This document shows, piece after piece, positions 25,920-37,590 of a stretch of 64,000 bases of DNA. Positions within the stretch are counted from its first letter, which is position 1. Every line of letters begins with the position of its first letter. Under the pieces are notes generated by a model. That model was given only the letters and a program-made list of their open reading frames with translations, had not been told where the DNA came from and searched no databases. Location: assembly GCF_902652985.1 (NCBI RefSeq), contig NC_047023.1:22940001-23004000 (forward strand). The letters are read 5' to 3'. The translations under genes and the position numbers were made by a program. Source of the stretch: Pecten maximus (Eukaryota).

Positions 25920-26335
25920 ATAATTTGTTTAGTCACAGAAATAATCTGTTTCGTCACAGAGATAATCTATTTAGTCACAGGTATATACAATATATTTAGT
26001 TACAGCGATAATCTATTTAGTCACAGCGGTAATCTATTTAGTCACAGACACAATCTATTTAGTCACAGAGATACTCTTTTTAGTCAGAGATAATCTATTT
26101 AGTCACAAACACAATCTATTTAGTCACAGAGATAATGTATTTAGTCACAAAGATAATCTATTTAGTCACATGATTATCTGTTAAGTCAACGACATAATCT
26201 GTTTAGTCACAGAGATACTCTGTTAAGTCACAGAGATAATATATTTAGTCACAAAGATAATCTATTTAGTCACATGAGTATCTGTTAAGTCAACGACATA
26301 ATCTGTTTAGTCACAGAGACACTCTTTTCAGTCAC
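25920..26335. repeat. Minisatellite, ~21-bp unit (gataatctatttagtcacaga), ~19 copies
   Basis: Directly visible periodicity. Confidence 0.9.
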
Positions 26336-26520
26336 CTAGGAATCGGCTCATGCCGGCTGAGAAGACTACATGGTGATAGGAGCTGTTTTGATTTGTGTTC
26401 GTTCCGGAATATTATTAATAGTAAACTGATTTACATATAACCGTTTAAACAATATTACGGTTATCTTTTGCATGACCTTTACAGTACTACTGAACAGTAA
26501 GGTTAGACTGTATGACTTGT

Positions 26521-27045
26521 TGTTGGAGGAGGGCAAACATCTGTGTGAGTTGATGTTGGAGGAGGGCAAACATCTGTGTGAGCTGATGTTGGAGGAGGGC
26601 AAACATCTGTGTGAGTTGATGTTGGAGGAGGGCAAACATCTGTGTGAGCTGATGTTGGAGGAGGGCAAACATCTGTGTGAGTTGATGTTGGAGGAGGGCA
26701 AACATCTGTGTGAGCTGATGTTAGAGGAGGGCAAACATCTGTGTGAGCTGATGTTGGAGGAGGGCAAACATCTGTGTGAGCTGATGTTGGAGGAGGGCAA
26801 ACATCTGTGTGAGCTGATGTTGGAGGAGGGCAAACATCTGTGTGAGTTGATGTTGGAGGAGGGCAAACATCTGTGTGAGTTGATGTTGGAGGAGGGCAAA
26901 CATCTGTGTGAGCTGATGTTGGAGGAGGGCAAACATCTGTGTGAGTTGATGTTGGAGGAGGGCAAACATCTGTGTGAGTTGATGTTGGAGGAGGGCAAAT
27001 ATCTGTGTGAATTGATGTTGGAGGAGAACAAACATCTGTGTAAGC
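26521..27045. repeat. Minisatellite, 33-bp unit (ttggaggagggcaaacatctgtgtgag(c/t)tgatg), ~16 copies
   Basis: Near-identical units; produces 11-aa periodic ORFs in several frames. Confidence 0.96.
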
Positions 27046-27829
27046 TTGAGTGTGTAACGGAAACACCTCACTGCAGCACCAGTACAACTTCGCTAGCCAA
27101 GGGTGTTCAATACGATACTCTCCTTTTCCTTTGCTAGCGATCGAAGTTATTACCAATGAGTAAGGGGAGATAACTCGAAGAGCAATAGTCGCAATTGACT
27201 AATATTTCATTTATGGTGTTATGCATACGGTTATTATTCTCATCGTTAAGCAGTCAGCCAGTGTGAATCAATATCCATTCATTCAGAAATATATTGGGGT
27301 TTATAAAACTTATAATTAGTTTTAATTATTTTTACAGCAAGACACTGTTGCGCCTTAGCCTTATGGCTCAACTGATTTGTTGTTTTGGGGCTGCATCCGT
27401 CGTCTGTAAACTTTCCATGACAAATTTTGATGAAATGTCAGGTGAATCATCGATTTCTTTCACGTTTTCAGTGAAAATGAAATTAGAGATAACCGCCATC
27501 TTTAGAATCGCTTTTGAAGTAAAAGCTCAAGTTATATTTGAATGAAACTTTGTCCGAATCTTAAGTAGAGGATTTGGCAAAACATTCGTGTGAACAAGTA
27601 CATCTACATGATTTTTGCTATTTTTTGTGGACATTGGATAAGTAACGTGTTATTTGTAGCTAGAATGTGCCATGCATTATATTTTAATTAGTTTTATTTA
27701 AGTGTATTAAAGATATATATTTAGTTCATCTTTAATAAACCCTAATTTTTAGTATATCGATATTGATTAGTAAAAGACGACGGGTACACAAGAAGGCTAA
27801 AATGACAAATAGGGTACATTACTGGGCAA

Positions 27830-28828
27830 AATGTCGGCACATTAGAAACTCATTTGTTAACGCTATACGTCTTTCCAAGCAGAACAACTCTACATTACTC
27901 AATTTGCAGACTCTAAAAAATGGTGGAGATCTATAAAAACCTTTTTTTACCCAACTCAGTAAAATGTCCTATCCCTCCTATCCCCAACAACAATTCAATA
28001 TTTGATGATGACCAAGACAAAGCTAACATTTTCAATGATTATTTTTGTTCCCAACCTATTGTTGACGACTCAAATGTTTCACTTCCACATATACAGTGTA
28101 CCTACCATAAATGAAAAGCGTCTAGCCGACATACACATTTCTCCTAGAGACGTAAGTGACCTCATTAAAACTCTTGACTGTTCCAAAGTCGTTGGACCTG
28201 ACCTTATCAATGCACGACTGTTAAAAGAGGCTGTTGATATTATAAGAACTTCGTTGAGTAAAATAATCTGTTCTATTCTTTCTAAACTCTGGAAACAGGT
28301 AAATGTAATACATTGTGTACGTGTTTTTAAGAAAAAAAATCATCCCCATCTAATTACAGACCGATATCCCTGCTGTCTATAGTTGGTAAAATTATGGAAA
28401 GACGTGTTTACATATATATACATGTATATAACTTTCTCTTAGAAAATTTTCTTTTATCACCAAATCAGTCAGGGTTCAGAACAGGAGACTCGCCTCAACA
28501 CCAGTTTTTTTTCTATTGTTCATGAGGTAACATCAGCGTTAGATAAAGGCAAAGAAAGATAGTTTGCCATCGTGGTTTATCTTTAAAGTTATCCTCTTTT
28601 GGCATTAGTGGAAATTTATTGAACTTTTTTTTAATATTACTTATCATACCGTACCCAGAGAACTGGTTTAAATGGTAAAATGTCAAATTGGCGTAATATA
28701 TCAGCTGATCTACCACGAGGATCAATTTTAGGCCCTCTGATGTTTTTGTAATATATATTTGTGGAGAGGGCTTTATAAGCTGTTAAAAATTTGTGCCCAA
28801 TCTAATCAATAGAATACGTTCAAATCAG
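27830..28828 (+). mobile_element. Degraded CR1-type LINE ORF2 fragment with 3' tail
   Basis: Frameshifted segments DDDQDKANIFNDYFCSQ, VSDLIKTLDCSKVVGPDLINARLLKE, QSGFRTGDS and PRGSILGPLMF, typical of CR1 RT; internal deletions. Confidence 0.85.
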
Positions 28829-29267
28829 ATAATTTGGTTAATATCACTACTGGAACAGTTATCGGTTAATTAGTCATGAAAATTACACAGTTTTTCTATT
28901 AATAGACAAGATATCTTGATACTGAAATGTCGTTTGTAATGAATTTTTGACAGTCATAAAGGAAGTGGATGAAATTCACGATAATCATATAATCATAATG
29001 AGTTGTTGAATTTTAATTGATTATAGGGGCCATACTAGAGGGGACTGTTGATAACGGCTGTGAATGCAGTCAGAATTAGCTTTGAGGGGTCACAAAAGGG
29101 AAACATGTTTTTTAGCTTTACTCTTTACCTGGTAACAACGGGCTGATTTGACTTGCAACCTTTTAAATCAGATCATTATCTACAAGAAAACTACAAGAAA
29201 ACTTTCGTTGGGAATTTGTTCATTTCATCAATTTTGTCTTGTATGACTGTGTGTATATCGCTACCTG

Positions 29268-29479
29268 AGCCCAGTTGTTCAAAAGGGGATTAGCTAATCA
29301 CAGCTTGACAACAATTTTAAAATCCTGATTAAATTGTTTCTGTTTAAACTGACTTGACAAAAGTTTATGAAACTATAGCACGCATTAGTCTCTTCCTACC
29401 TCTCTATGTTAAGGTATATTCATAAACACAGATTTGGAAGTAAAGGGGAAATGAGATTTCCACTTTGAACAACTGGGCC
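29268..29479. mobile_element. PIF/Harbinger-like MITE
   Basis: 16-bp TIRs (a/g)gcccagttgttcaaa ... tttgaacaactgggcc; 3-bp CTG TSD on both sides. Confidence 0.8.
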
Positions 29480-30194
29480 CTGGTGACAATAAGGGGCATA
29501 ACTCGTACAAAACCTAAAATGAAATATTTGTGAGAGTTATGTCCCTTGTGTCAGGATTCATGTAATCTACGCAAGGTGTCAGCTGAACACCCGTTTACTG
29601 TTAGAGTATTGTCTAATCCCTTGATTAATGAGAACTTTGCACGATTCATCTGAGCACGAATCACCTGGTCATCATCAACCAAATACACACGCCCTCGGTA
29701 TCAGTAACTTATAGGGAGTTCGTGAACAGATTTGGTGGGCCGCAAATATTTTGTCTATGATGTACATAACGATAAAATAAATTACATATTTTCAGAGTTA
29801 GATTATGACTTTTTGAAATTTTGAATTAGACCGTAAATAGTTTCTTTTAAAGATAGTCTTCTTATCCATTTAACATCTGAAATAAAAACAAGTCCGTTTC
29901 AATCAAGTCAAAGTTTTCTTTAGATGGACTTTTAAGCAATGCACCTACGTGTTTCAACATTGGGATTGCAATTGCTTTAAATGACTGACAGAAATGTTTA
30001 TCGGTTATATTAACCTGGGTGTTTTAATCAGATACTTCACAACACTGAGAACAAATTTTAGAATATATCAATTTAATAACAAAACATGTCAATGGAAAAA
30101 CATAAAAATATATCAATATCATAAATGAAAGATAAATCATAAACAACTGCTTACATATAAAAATATAGCAACACAAATGACGAAGGTAGACAAT

Positions 30195-30295
30195 GTTATG
30201 ACTCGATTATGCACTGACTGGGTTTCGAATTCACGATTTAAGGCACCTAATCGCCTAACCAGAAATACTCGCAGCTTATACCACTGCACCACATC
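30195..30295 (-). repeat. Short interspersed repeat with degenerate tRNA-like head (second copy 39364-39462, + strand)
   Basis: Reverse complement atgtggtgcagtggtataagctgcgagtatttctggttaggcgattaggtgcc...ttcgaaacccag...cgagtcataa aligns with 39364-39462; A/B-box-like motifs. Confidence 0.6.
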
Positions 30296-30974
30296 CACGT
30301 TCTCACATATAACACTTTCAACTCTAATTTACTATAAATATCCTCTAGTACAATATTATATATTAGTCTCTTGAGTATACCGAAACCTATTTACGAGAAA
30401 TATATTGAAATTCGATAAACATATGAATGCAACCGGATTTGGTTGTATAGGTATTTTAAAATAATTATCATTAGTTGGATTTCAAACAGAATCTTATTTC
30501 ATATTACATTGATATGAAATGGAATATGCTAAATTGTATAATTAACACAAATATTAAGACACAACTTCAATCATTTGGTAAAAACACAGGTCCTGATCTC
30601 GTGATCAACATTGACAAGTGTACCGTCACGTGGTAATAAGTAAGATCACTCGGATAATGTACAAAATGACAAATGTAGCGACATAAAAGACACAGGTAAG
30701 CTTAATGACATTTCCTATACTTCACAGCAAAATACGTTTGATAGCTGGGCTGCAGTTAACGCCACATCAGTACTTGAGAGGATATTGCGAAACAAGTGAT
30801 GCTAGGTATCAACAATGTCTAAAGATGAGATCAAAACATATGGACAGTTTTTGTACAGTAAAGTCTTATATTGTAAAACACCAAAATAGTTTGTTTGTTT
30901 GTTTGTTTCTCTCTTTTTTTTCTTCAAAAAATATTTCAGTAATAATCTTTCACATTTCACCCTTGATTACTGAT

Positions 30975-32918
30975 TTAATAGTGAAACGATTTGCATGTCA
31001 CATCAAACGAGGTCTGACGTGTAATACATCGGTTGTCTTCCCATTGCTTCTTCCGGTACCCCTTGCGCATGACGAGCCAAGGATCACTTTCGTACTCCTC
31101 TGCGATGGACTCTTCGTCCTTAGCAATGATCAGGCTGGTGAGGAGTTTTTTCAGGGCCGTCCATTCCTCTTCAGATTCTGTGTGAATCTTCAATAACGGG
31201 TCAGTGCTATTCACAAGACGCCTTGCTCTTCCAATAAGAGGCGAATTTCCTTCCTCTGACATATTGACGACTTCTTTAAGTTGATCCAGCAGTTCTGCGA
31301 TGCGAGTTTCGTCGATAGATTTGAGAGCAGTGAAGAGTTGTTCCCGGAGGGCGTCATATTCCTTGGTGATGGATCCTTCGAAGTACATTGTGTCTAGTCG
31401 GGCTAGGAGCTTAACACCTCGTCCGCGTGTGGTGTTTGCAGCGTCGTTTCGACTTTCAAGAATCTTTGGGATGTTTTCTTCTGTGTAGGGGCCATGCATT
31501 CCTGTCTGTCCGTCCATGAACCTGAGTACCTGGGCCCCACCGATGCCGATACCGTCCACACCAGCATACACAGCATGTTTGATTTCGTTGAATTTAAACC
31601 CGGCAGAAAAATAGGTGACAAGTCCCCTGATGTGGGCCTCATGGACAATTGTCAGAGCCTCCTCAAATGTCAACTGGTACATGATGCATTTGGAAGGGTA
31701 GGTGTCGCTAGCGCCGTCCCAGGTGATCTTATCAAAACCACCAATGGACGTAATCTCGATAGCTCTTGAAGCTATAGCCATTCTCTCATTCAGTTTGCAG
31801 GGCGGAGACTGCTCGTAGTCATCTGTAACGATTTGGTTAAGGTTCCAGGCGGCTGACAAGAACTGTTTCCTGTTTCTCTGAACCTGTCCCCTGAGTGACT
31901 GCATATATCGCACGGCCTGTGACGTGCTCAGTCCCTCCATAGAGACCTTACACTCTGCTGCTCCCTGTAAAAACGCTGCCGTGGCAGACGCTGCAGTTAT
32001 ATTGACTAGCTTCAAGAAATCCTCTTCAAAGTTCCCGGAATCTTTCACTCTTCGTCCAACAAAGTATGTAGTTGGAGCACTGGAACCAACGTGTAATCTT
32101 ACTTTGGAGAAATCGAGCATTGACGGAATTCGATACGACTCGATGTTCTGCCGCGGTAGATTTCGAGGACGCTCCAAATGTTCGACGTGGACAATTGAAC
32201 CTTCCATCCATTCATTAAATCGGGTGGTTCCTAACACATGGCCCTCTCCAGGGTCGGTGAGGGACATGTAGGTCTGTGAAGAAGGGCGGAACCCTGGGGT
32301 GCCCAACCCTCGCGCGTTTTGGTGGTGCCCCTGGTATCCATGGGACAGGTTGTAGTACGCCAACTGGAAGGCGAAGTATTCTACGGGAGTAGGTTGTCGC
32401 TTCTGATCACGAAGTATCTGTGCCATCCTAGTTACAGAAGCCATGTAATCTTTTGGCAGCGTCTCCTTGTCCCAGTGAAGGTGGACTCTGTTGTTGTCAT
32501 CGTCAATAGTCGCCTCAAATAGGGACATATCCCGAGGGGTCGGAATCATGCCCACGTATAACTCGTTTTCTACCCCCCAGGATTCTATCACCTTGGTTGC
32601 CTCTTTTCCTGCCTTCTCCACGTCGGACATAATGCATCTGACTTTCTTTGTTTCTATCATGCTTTCGCATATGTCCCAGAATGGACCCTGGCACTTATCC
32701 TGTCCAGGGGAGATGTGTTTTAGTCTCTCACACACATGGTCTTTAACGGTGCTGAAGTCCACTGCCGTTCTAACCGGAAGTTCTCTCTCGGACCGGAAGG
32801 GCTCGGTCTGACTATCGATTTTTACCCTTACATTGTAGACATTCTGTAGAACATCCTGGAGGTAGGCCAGTGCCACTTTCCTCAATTTCCCTATACCAAT
32901 AGTACACATGTTCTCAGC
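30975..32918 (-). CDS. Main coding exon of an uncharacterised ~648-aa protein with a putative MfnB/DUF556-like TIM barrel
   Basis: Uninterrupted 647-codon frame plus stop, visibly GC-richer than its flanks. Splice acceptor tttcag|GCT GAG AAC ATG at 32920-32919 (phase 0). Motifs: GAAECKV, GGFDKITWDGA, VHEAHIRGLVTYFSAG, GVDGIGIGGA. Coding status is high confidence; family assignment is moderate. Confidence 0.88.
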   Translation of the reverse strand, partial: AENMCTIGIGKLRKVALAYLQDVLQNVYNVRVKIDSQTEPFRSERELPVRTAVDFSTVKDHVCERLKHISPGQDKCQGPFWDICESMIETKKVRCIMSDVEKAGKEATKVIESWGVENELYVGMIPTPRDMSLFEATIDDDNNRVHLHWDKETLPKDYMASVTRMAQILRDQKRQPTPVEYFAFQLAYYNLSHGYQGHHQNARGLGTPGFRPSSQTYMSLTDPGEGHVLGTTRFNEWMEGSIVHVEHLERPRNLPRQNIESYRIPSMLDFSKVRLHVGSSAPTTYFVGRRVKDSGNFEEDFLKLVNITAASATAAFLQGAAECKVSMEGLSTSQAVRYMQSLRGQVQRNRKQFLSAAWNLNQIVTDDYEQSPPCKLNERMAIASRAIEITSIGGFDKITWDGASDTYPSKCIMYQLTFEEALTIVHEAHIRGLVTYFSAGFKFNEIKHAVYAGVDGIGIGGAQVLRFMDGQTGMHGPYTEENIPKILESRNDAANTTRGRGVKLLARLDTMYFEGSITKEYDALREQLFTALKSIDETRIAELLDQLKEVVNMSEEGNSPLIGRARRLVNSTDPLLKIHTESEEEWTALKKLLTSLIIAKDEESIAEEYESDPWLVMRKGYRKKQWEDNRCITRQTSFDVTCKSFHY

Positions 32919-34935
32919 CTGAAACGATAAAATAATGTACTTAACAAAAACCTTTACAGATTAATTAATAAAAAAAGAAGTAAGTATATATCTATGTATG
33001 CACATTCTTCTACGTTAATTGTATACTTATTCCTTATTATTCATAGTTGTTTTAATACTTAACAATTTTAGTGTATATTATGAGTATAAGTAACAGATAT
33101 TCATGAACAAATATTTACTAATAACCAGGAAAATAAGTTTAAAACTACATTTTTATATGTACATAGCCATTGAATAATACATGCTATATATCGTTAGCAG
33201 GAATGATTTTAATGGATCAAGTCTAAAGAAATGGATTATAGATTGGTTTTAATGTTTAGAATATATTTCATAATACTTGGTACACATATACGTGTGCACA
33301 CATTAACCTCAATTCACAAAGACTTGACACATCCATATGACCCAGAACTAAAAATAACCCCCTTAATAACTTGTCAATATTAAATGATCAAGGGTTGATC
33401 TTTGTGATTATCTTATTTCATTGGTGTTCCAGCATCGTGTCACGCCCCTGTACCATGGAAAACAAACTTCAATAACTTATCATTTCCGCCACCATTCCTC
33501 CCTAGATAGATTGTCTTCAGTTTTCTCAAACGTTTATTCAAAATAATTTACAAAATATGTATAGAAAAGCATTAATAATCAAGTACTTTCTATATTAAGA
33601 TCAAAGCCATGGTTTACTACGTTAAAATGTTCTCTGAATTAGACTAATTAAAGTAGGTATTATTATTTGATACTATCATTGTAACAACAATCAAATAGTG
33701 TTATCCTACACTTATATAATGTTTCAAGCATATGTATCTAGATATATGATTTCAATTATAATTACAGCTTCTATATATTAAATGGTAAAATAAAGAAAAT
33801 AATAAATTAAATTCAGACATCTCAGAATGTTATTCTTGTTGTCATAATATACAGTAACATAAATTGTATTCATTAATATAAATTTAACATCGCTATCTAA
33901 TTAGACAGATATTAAAACCCTCGTCTGCGTACAATAAATTAATGTGTCACTTCAATGTGATGTATTTTAGTTGTATACATGCATTACATTATTTCTTAGA
34001 CTTCCGGGTTGTGTTGTTCAAAAGGTGATTAGTATTATAATTTGATGTGTGATAATCACATTCTCCTTACGTCAAAGCCTCCGTATGCATATTCCTTTAA
34101 ATATGCATGTAGGAAGTGACTGAAGAGTGTGATAGTATCTGAAGAAGCTTATAAGGGCTTTCACATGAATATTATATCTCAATATTTTTACTTAATGCTC
34201 TTCCGTATATTTTGTAGATTTTTTTCCTTATTCAATTCATTAGTTCTGTTTTTCTAGACTTGTAAAATATTTCGTCTGCAAAGTCAGATATCTATGTTGT
34301 GTTAGTTACAAGAATTTAAATGTAAATGAGCAAAGCATTTTAATACTGCTACAATTGTAATTGTTTGTCAATATACGTTAAGTTGTTTTATGATATAAAC
34401 ATCTAGTAGTTATATTTTGTTCAATACTTACCGTATAAGATAGCTATAACTACATAGTTTATAAAGTGAGCTAGATTAATAGTTAAAACTTAAAAATTCA
34501 GATAATTATATTACGATCAGTACTTGTAAATATATATCATTGCAAATACAATAAGTCAAGATGAGGAGATGTAGTTCTTTACCAGGGATAATTAAGTCAA
34601 AATATTGAGATATATTTTTGTGATGGCCCCAATAAGCATCCGTGAATATACACCTGTATCAGAGACCCAATTATTCTCGTTATAAGCATTTTTTTGTTAC
34701 TTTGTATTTAAAGAAATTTGTAAGATATATGAAATAACTAAGATTATTTTATAGATATACAAGAAGTATGTCTGTCTAAATAAAACTACGTTTACATGTA
34801 TTTGTTTACCGGGATACGAATACCAATATTTATTACATTTTACCAGTGAAATATCGGAAATTATTCATCCTATAAAATGATATTTTTTCCAGTTAAAACA
34901 CTGTTTACAAATGATAATCGGGAAAAATAAACCGA

Positions 34936-35092
34936 ATATCTAACAGTATCTTCAATAATACCAAATATATTTCACTTCTGTGGCTAATATTTTGATATTT
35001 TTTTCACTCGTGCTGCGCGGTCGTGAAAAATATCATAATATAAGCCACACTCGTGAAATTTGTTTGGTATTACTGAAGACACCGTTAGATAT
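34936..35092. mobile_element. ~157-bp imperfect palindrome (foldback MITE-like) in the predicted intron
   Basis: atatctaacagtatcttcaataataccaaa pairs with tttggtattactgaagacaccgttagatat; inner arms tggctaatatt/aatataagcca and tttttcac/gtgaaaaa. Confidence 0.75.
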
Positions 35093-35815
35093 CTTCTATA
35101 TATCATTGTAATTGTTTAACATGTAAGCCTATAAGCTGTAGTTAATAAAAATGTAACTGAGCATTACTCATATTAAGCGTCAATTTATAAAGATAGATAA
35201 CGTGTATTGCTAAACTAAGACGCGTTTCTGTGGGATTTATAAATTAATTTGTATATTTTAGCAGTTGTACTTAGCTATCAAATTATGATGATTTTATTAT
35301 CAATCATTTTTGTTTTGCCAAGGTAAGCTGTTAACGACACTACTGGATGTGTATTAGATGTATATCAGATCGTTGATAGCCATGATAACGCATAAATATT
35401 GTGTACATCGTTCATGAGCCCTAATTTGTAGTATATCATAGTGCAGCAACATTCATCTTACTCTTAGATCTCTAGATCTGTCTCTCTTCCTGTCATTCTT
35501 CTTTGCTTTTCTTTCTTTATAATCAGTATACTGTGTCGCTATCACAAACTTTGTAATATATATTTGTGGAGAGGACTTTTATAAGATGTTAAAAACTGTC
35601 CTATCCAATTGTGTCTAAACAATTAAATACGTTCAAATCAACGCATATATTATATAAATACAATCCCTGAGAGATGTTTGAGGCTTACAAAAAATATTAA
35701 GTTATTTATGTGTTAATTTATCATCTTCGCAATTAGAAATATTTTTGATATTATAATTATACAAATCTAAATGCTAGCCTTACTTTTGACAAGCGTATTA
35801 AGTTTCCACACTTAC

Positions 35816-35864
35816 CATTTCTGTGAGTGGTTGTGATGTGAGCGCGATCAGTTGAGCTCGGAAT
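35816..35864 (-). other. Predicted first exon (5' UTR + ATG only) of the TIM-barrel gene
   Basis: Minus strand ...cacagaaATG|GTAAGT: perfect donor at 35815-35810, in phase 0 with the acceptor at 32919; purine at -3 and G at +4 after splicing. Confidence 0.7.
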
Positions 35865-35895
35865 GGCAAGGTAGGCTTACCAGGCTAGTTATATA
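35860..35895 (-). promoter_or_regulatory. TATA box + initiator core promoter
   Basis: TATATAA at 35895-35889 and Inr-consensus CCATTCC with its A at 35864, 31 nt downstream of the first TATA base. Confidence 0.6.
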
Positions 35896-36802
35896 TCCAG
35901 TACGTATCCTGTTCGTCACAAACTTAAACACGCTTACTAGCGTGGACTTCTCGGAACAAAATCTGTGGTATCATTCCGGATATCACTTTTATCTAAATCC
36001 GTTTTCATGTAATAATCTCAAGGTGAGGTCTTGTTTTTGTGTGTATGGCCGGAGTCTCACGTACCGCATCATATACTATTAGATCTCACCCTATTCATAA
36101 TTGTATGACTATACTTTTCGTAGTATTCTTAAATATGAAATTTTCTTTTCAAGTACATGTACCTAAATCAACCCTACTTTTCGTTTTCACAATACATTTA
36201 CAATTTTATGACAAATGCTCTCATTTTCTTACAAGGCTTAGAGATATTAACCTATCAATCGGAAATCTTTACAACAGTCAATACAAACGTTTTCATTTAT
36301 TTACTTTATCATTTATCTATTTATTTATTTTCATTTTCTTATTTTGTCAATAATAACACATTTGTTCACTAAAGCAAATTTACGGGAAATTCATTAATAT
36401 TTTTGAGAAATCTAAAAGCTCGAGTCCTAACGAAAGTGTGTTAATATTTTTTTATTTTTTATTTTTTTTGTAACTTATAATTTTATTCAGATTTTTTAAA
36501 CACATAAACATGAGGCATAGTGATCACAACATGTTTTCAGATTATGGCAAAGGAAATATATAATAATTTATCTGATTAACATACTTAATGCATAACCAAA
36601 TATATAATATTCTAAAATGTGGTCTTAATTATTGGGAAACATATATCTTGTTTAAAGAATGAAATTGACAGACACTAGACCTACTGCTTGCATCAATTTA
36701 CAAGAAATAAATGTTGATTTTTTAATTGATTGAATATAACATGCAAAATAATCGTCATTGTCAGTTGTACCTGCATGGAACAATGTAAGAAGCAAATATA
36801 AA

Positions 36803-36930
36803 TGCCAGGTACTGACCGTAGGCCGGTGGTTTTTCTCCGGGTACTCCGGCTTTCCTCCACCTCCAAAACCTGGCACATCCTTAAATGACCCTGGCTGTTA
36901 ATAGGACGTAAACAAATCAAACCAAACCAA
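36803..36930 (+). mobile_element. 5'-truncated copy of the V-domain-like SINE
   Basis: Matches the 3' half of 8044-8267; (AAACC)n tail. Confidence 0.88.
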
Positions 36931-37427
36931 CTTTGGGTCGTATAACACTCTGTTAGTTGTGACATCTTTGGTTTGTCATATGTCACCTGTGTCAATCTAT
37001 CTTACAGCATTCTTTGAAGTCATCATGTGGTCATGGTGTCAAGCCATCTTCGGAACTTCCAATACAACATCCTCCAGCTGGTTGTTCAGTAATGGCGTCC
37101 ATCAAGCTGTTCTTCCCGTCGGTACCATAGCCAGAACGATGCTGATTTAACGGCGTCTCCCTGATTCCCATTGATTGCATCATCTTCTTTGTTGACAATG
37201 TCGGCCATCGGCAGAAAGGAATGAGGAATGACCAAACCTTTTTCTCTACGCCGTTCCATCAAATCGTTAAACCGTTTTTTTAATTGATATTTTATTGCGT
37301 TTCTCAATACATATACATAACAGTATTTGGCATAACAAAAACTTATAATACTTGGTATGGAAATTTGAAAAAAATATAGGAAAACATACTGATGATAAAC
37401 AGGCGTACAGGTGAGGGCGTGTAAAAT

Positions 37428-37590
37428 GGAATAAAATATACAATTTGTGGCATGAGAGAGCTGAAATAAAATATACAATTTGTTGTATGGGAGGACTGCA
37501 ATAAACTATACAATTTGTAGCATGGGAGGACTGCAATGAAACTATACAATTTGTAGCATGGGAGGACTGAAATAAAATATACAAATTGTT
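37428..37590. repeat. Short tandem repeat, ~36-bp unit, ~4 copies
   Basis: tatacaatttgtagcatgggaggactg recurs. Confidence 0.8.

Noticed and set aside
26366-27156. Several 200+ aa ORFs (LEEGKHLCELM, TSTHTDVCPPP repeats)
   Set aside because: Artefact of a stop-poor 33-bp unit that is open in most frames on both strands; no protein-like unique flanks.
30705-32811. Plus-strand ORFs overlapping the TIM-barrel exon, and antisense ORFs over the TLRs and LINE
   Set aside because: Shadow ORFs of genuine coding sequence with no recognisable motifs.
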